This document shows, piece after piece, positions 32,548 through 34,963 of a stretch of 34,963 nt of DNA. Position 1 is the stretch's first letter. Every line of letters starts with the position of its first letter. Position numbers and translations under genes: made by a program. Source of the stretch: a virus (lineage: Duplodnaviria; Caudoviricetes); IMG/VR virus record IMGVR_UViG_3300037519_000043, positions 1-34,963 of that record. One strand, written 5' to 3'. A model generated the notes under the pieces. The model ran no database searches. It saw only the letters and a list, made by a program, of their open reading frames with translations, and was not told the origin of the DNA.

Positions 32548-32990
32548 ATCTTTAATTTTCGTTTGCATTTTTTAATTGTGTGAAAAATAGAGGTCAAACT
32601 TATCTTAGTTTCTTTTTCTAATTCTCGCATACTTTTTCCGCTTCGCAAATATAATAAGAATAGTTGTTGGTCGAACCATTCCCATGATTTTATTTCATCT
32701 TCAACACTCTGATAGTATAACTCAATTTCATATGTTTTGTTGTTTTGGTCTTCTGATAGATCAACAAGAAGGTCGATGTCTACTGTTGAAACATTCCGCT
32801 TGCATGAATCGTAAAAAGAGTTACGCAGCATTATCCAAATGAATGATTTGGTTACTACTTGACCTTTGCCGTATTTGTGAAAACGAAGATACATATCTTG
32901 TACAATGTCTTCAGCATCGGTCTTGGCTCCAAAGCGTTTAACAATTCTTACCCATTCATCATGATACTGCGCTACTTCTTTTAAATCCAT
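32508..32990 (-). CDS. ECF-like sigma-70 factor (late regulator)
   Basis: Region 2 AEDIVQDMYL; region 4 HTH SMREL.KET.IS..SI..TI. Confidence 0.75.
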   Translation of the reverse strand: MDLKEVAQYHDEWVRIVKRFGAKTDAEDIVQDMYLRFHKYGKGQVVTKSFIWIMLRNSFYDSCKRNVSTVDIDLLVDLSEDQNNKTYEIELYYQSVEDEIKSWEWFDQQLFLLYLRSGKSMRELEKETKISLTSIFHTIKKCKRKLKIWQKEYQKDLEIQ

Positions 32991-33000
32991 GTGTATAAAC

Positions 33001-33033
33001 AAAAATACCCTTACAACAATCGCTGCAAGGGTA
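33001..33033 (-). terminator. Intrinsic terminator immediately upstream of the sigma gene
   Basis: 12-bp stem TACCCTTGCAGC/GTTGTAAGGGTA, 4-nt loop, then TTTTTGTTT. Confidence 0.75.
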
Positions 33034-33043
33034 GTAAACTATT

Positions 33044-33223
33044 CTATTGATTTATTTCTAATTCACTTTCAACTATATCAAACCCATTACCCATTTGACG
33101 ATTAAATTCATAACCGTGTTTTTCAGCATCTTCGAATGTTGTGAAAGATTTAACTTCATTTTGAAATACTTCAACACCATTAGAGAAATAAGGGATTACT
33201 GTATATATTTTAATTACTTCCAT
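33044..33223 (-). CDS. Hypothetical protein (59 aa, MEVIKIYTVIPY...), not in ORF track
   Basis: Manual translation. Confidence 0.6.
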   Translation of the reverse strand: MEVIKIYTVIPYFSNGVEVFQNEVKSFTTFEDAEKHGYEFNRQMGNGFDIVESELEINQ

Positions 33224-33378
33224 AAATCTTCTGCGTATTTAACTATAAAATCTTTTTTTAGTTTTTCGATGTCTTCAGGTCTATAAAAACTATCAGGGTG
33301 TTCAGAGTTTCTCGTTCCATCAGCACGATAAAACTTAACGATACCATTAGGGCATATAACTGCAATTTCTCTGTTCAT
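33214..33378 (-). CDS. Hypothetical protein (54 aa, MNREIAVICPNG...), not in ORF track
   Basis: Manual translation; TAATG coupling. Confidence 0.6.
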   Translation of the reverse strand: MNREIAVICPNGIVKFYRADGTRNSEHPDSFYRPEDIEKLKKDFIVKYAEDLWK

Positions 33379-33662
33379 TACTCTTTTATGAACGTACCGT
33401 TTTCGGTTTTGCCTTTTCTGTATTCAATAACTTTAAACGCTCTATTTGCACAGTCTTCTAACGAGTAGCCCATTTGATTGGCCAATATAACAAGTGTGAT
33501 GTAAGTATCTCCAAGGGCGTCAATCGTTTCTGAAATATCTCGCTTTAATATTGCAGAGGATAGCTCCCCAACCTCTTCCATGACCTTTGCAAGCTGTTGA
33601 AACTTATTATCTGGATTATCTAACTTTCTAGCCTTAGCCCAATTTATTATTTCTCTTTCCAT
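33378..33662 (-). CDS. MazG-like nucleotide pyrophosphohydrolase
   Basis: WA..R; K..EEVGEL; DALGD..I.L; I..RKG...NG.F.K. Confidence 0.88.
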   Translation of the reverse strand: MEREIINWAKARKLDNPDNKFQQLAKVMEEVGELSSAILKRDISETIDALGDTYITLVILANQMGYSLEDCANRAFKVIEYRKGKTENGTFIKE

Positions 33663-33997
33663 TCTTTTAAGTATAAATCAATTAAAAATTTTGTCTTTTC
33701 TAAATCCTGTACAAAGTTGCCTTTTTTTCTGCATCTTATAATCCTTTTGCATAAATCAAATTCATATGCATTTAGTCCTTGTTGTTCTGCAAACTTGTAC
33801 AAACTACCTTTCTCATTATTGTAATAACTTGGTGCGTTATCTGTAACTACTTCAAAGTAGTTCTCGAAAGTATCAAATTGATGATCTTGCCCTTTGTCGT
33901 TTATCACCCAAATATAGCTCTTTGTTTGCCCGACAACTTCGTAAACTTTACCGTACGTAAAATTAGCAAAGTATTTTTCTATACATCTTAATTTCAT
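33647..33997 (-). CDS. SH3-like N-terminus plus DUF3310-like domain
   Basis: FT.GK.YEV; P.YY; K...R..KKG...QDL.K. Confidence 0.65.
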   Translation of the reverse strand: MKLRCIEKYFANFTYGKVYEVVGQTKSYIWVINDKGQDHQFDTFENYFEVVTDNAPSYYNNEKGSLYKFAEQQGLNAYEFDLCKRIIRCRKKGNFVQDLEKTKFLIDLYLKEWKEK

Positions 33998-34356
33998 AAA
34001 TTATACATTTTTGATATTTCTTCATTAATACCGTAATCAATTAGGTATCTTTTACCGTTTAATTCTCCCCAGTTTGCTTTATTATAAAGGTCGCACATAT
34101 CAATATCAAGCTCTTTAATCGCTTTTTTTACAACTGATATGTCGTAGTGGTCAACTGCATTAATAGGGTCGTATCGTTTCATTCTGATTATTCCACGTTT
34201 GTAACTGTATAGCTCACCTAATAAGCCTAAGTGCTTGTACTTATCCCATATATAAGCTTCTTGTAAACATTGTAAGTACCCACGTAAACTTATGGGTACT
34301 TTAACAACATGGCTTTTAAATATGAAAACAATTCTTGTACTAACTTTAATTTTCAT
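33994..34356 (-). CDS. Minimal protein-kinase-like protein
   Basis: R.V....VVK.P; E..IW; DL....NWG; LIDYG. Confidence 0.6.
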   Translation of the reverse strand: MKIKVSTRIVFIFKSHVVKVPISLRGYLQCLQEAYIWDKYKHLGLLGELYSYKRGIIRMKRYDPINAVDHYDISVVKKAIKELDIDMCDLYNKANWGELNGKRYLIDYGINEEISKMYNL

Positions 34357-34574
34357 TTTAAAAAGTGTTTTATTATTTGAATCTTGGTTTTTTCTATTGT
34401 TATAAACTTCCCATCTACCCTTGCAAAGATACTATTTGTTTTTAAACTTCGCTTTATATTGCACACCCTGCATACTTTTGTTTTGCCTTTTTCGGCTTTG
34501 ACTTGGTATTTGGAATCGTCTTTTAAAAACAAAAACAAGGGTAAATTTCGCTTGCAGCTAAAACACTTTTTCAT
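34353..34574 (-). CDS. Zinc-finger protein (CxxC...CxxC)
   Basis: KKCFSCK...CRVC. Confidence 0.7.
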   Translation of the reverse strand: MKKCFSCKRNLPLFLFLKDDSKYQVKAEKGKTKVCRVCNIKRSLKTNSIFARVDGKFITIEKTKIQIIKHFLK

Positions 34575-34751
34575 TTACGAACCGCAAAAAATACAACCGT
34601 CTTCATCTTCGTCCGCTTCGGGATTTGTTTCTATTTCGGGATTAAGTTGTTTCTTCAACTCATAAATTTCCATCATTAGCTCCCCATCTTCAAAAAGGTT
34701 GCCTGTTAACTTTGCTTTTAGTTCTTCTATTTCTTCTTTAATTGTTGTCAT
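34575..34751 (-). CDS. 58-aa protein ending DEDEDGCIFCGS, not in ORF track
   Basis: Manual translation; its stop abuts the next ATG. Confidence 0.75.
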   Translation of the reverse strand: MTTIKEEIEELKAKLTGNLFEDGELMMEIYELKKQLNPEIETNPEADEDEDGCIFCGS

Positions 34752-34890
34752 CGTATTTGTTATAAAAGGCTTTTCTTATCATTCTGCCTAGGTTAATTAC
34801 TCCTTTTCTGTTCTCTCTAAACTTCCAACGGTCGACATCAAACTGCATTGCTATCATCCAACGATTCCTGTTCTTGTTGTCCTTTTTCAT
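34738..34890 (-). CDS. Basic hypothetical protein (likely start MKKDNKNRNRW or MIAMQ)
   Basis: Overlaps both neighbours; start uncertain. Confidence 0.5.
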   Translation of the reverse strand: MKKDNKNRNRWMIAMQFDVDRWKFRENRKGVINLGRMIRKAFYNKYDDNN

Positions 34891-34963
34891 ATCCTTTTTT
34901 AAATCCCGCTTTAAAAGCCTGTGAGTATAAACATTGTGTTGTTGATTCATAAGTAAAGTCCAT
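34837..34963. repeat. Terminal overlap copy 2 (identical to 1-127)
   Basis: Exact match. Confidence 0.97.

Noticed and set aside
33011-33039. TTACAACA on the plus strand as a late promoter
   Set aside because: No GTTAT at 16-nt spacing; it is part of the terminator stem
1292-34665. All plus-strand ORFs, and nested minus-strand ORFs such as 12037-12246, 12925-13131, 27553-27738 and 31576-31761
   Set aside because: Shadows of well-supported genes, with no recognisable motifs
34837-34963. 127-bp terminal repeat as a biological DTR
   Set aside because: The length equals a common assembler k-mer and it falls inside genes; it indicates circularity only

Overview
This window is most likely a complete, circular or circularly permuted genome (unit length about 34,836 bp) of an AT-rich siphovirus-type phage of a Bacteroidota (Flavobacterium-like) host. 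Bases 1-127 are repeated exactly at 34837-34963, which is probably an assembler overlap. Essentially all genes lie on the minus strand, mostly joined by overlapping stop/start codons. The modules are: early genes (11785-9887); an iteron-rich candidate origin (9655-9826); replication and recombination (prim-pol/DUF3987, SF2 helicase, VRR-NUC, ERF, Gp157, DUF3127); accessory genes; an ECF-like sigma factor; terminase; tail; head; and lysis. I found no integrase, repressor, reverse transcriptase, CRISPR array or tRNA. The most notable signals are: (1) three copies of a covarying kissing-loop leader RNA, each with its own 7-nt loop code, upstream of two NUMOD4-HNH genes and of the replication operon; (2) an HNH cassette that appears to have inserted at the helicase Walker A motif, stranding the old N-terminus and supplying a new one; (3) a four-copy CAACA-N16-GTTAT late-promoter motif that fits the phage sigma factor; (4) an integron attC-like cassette remnant around a P-loop gene; and (5) small candidate mimic proteins (RNAP alpha-CTD-like, and an RNR-tail-like CxxCGS peptide). 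All family calls come from motif recognition by eye, with no database searches.
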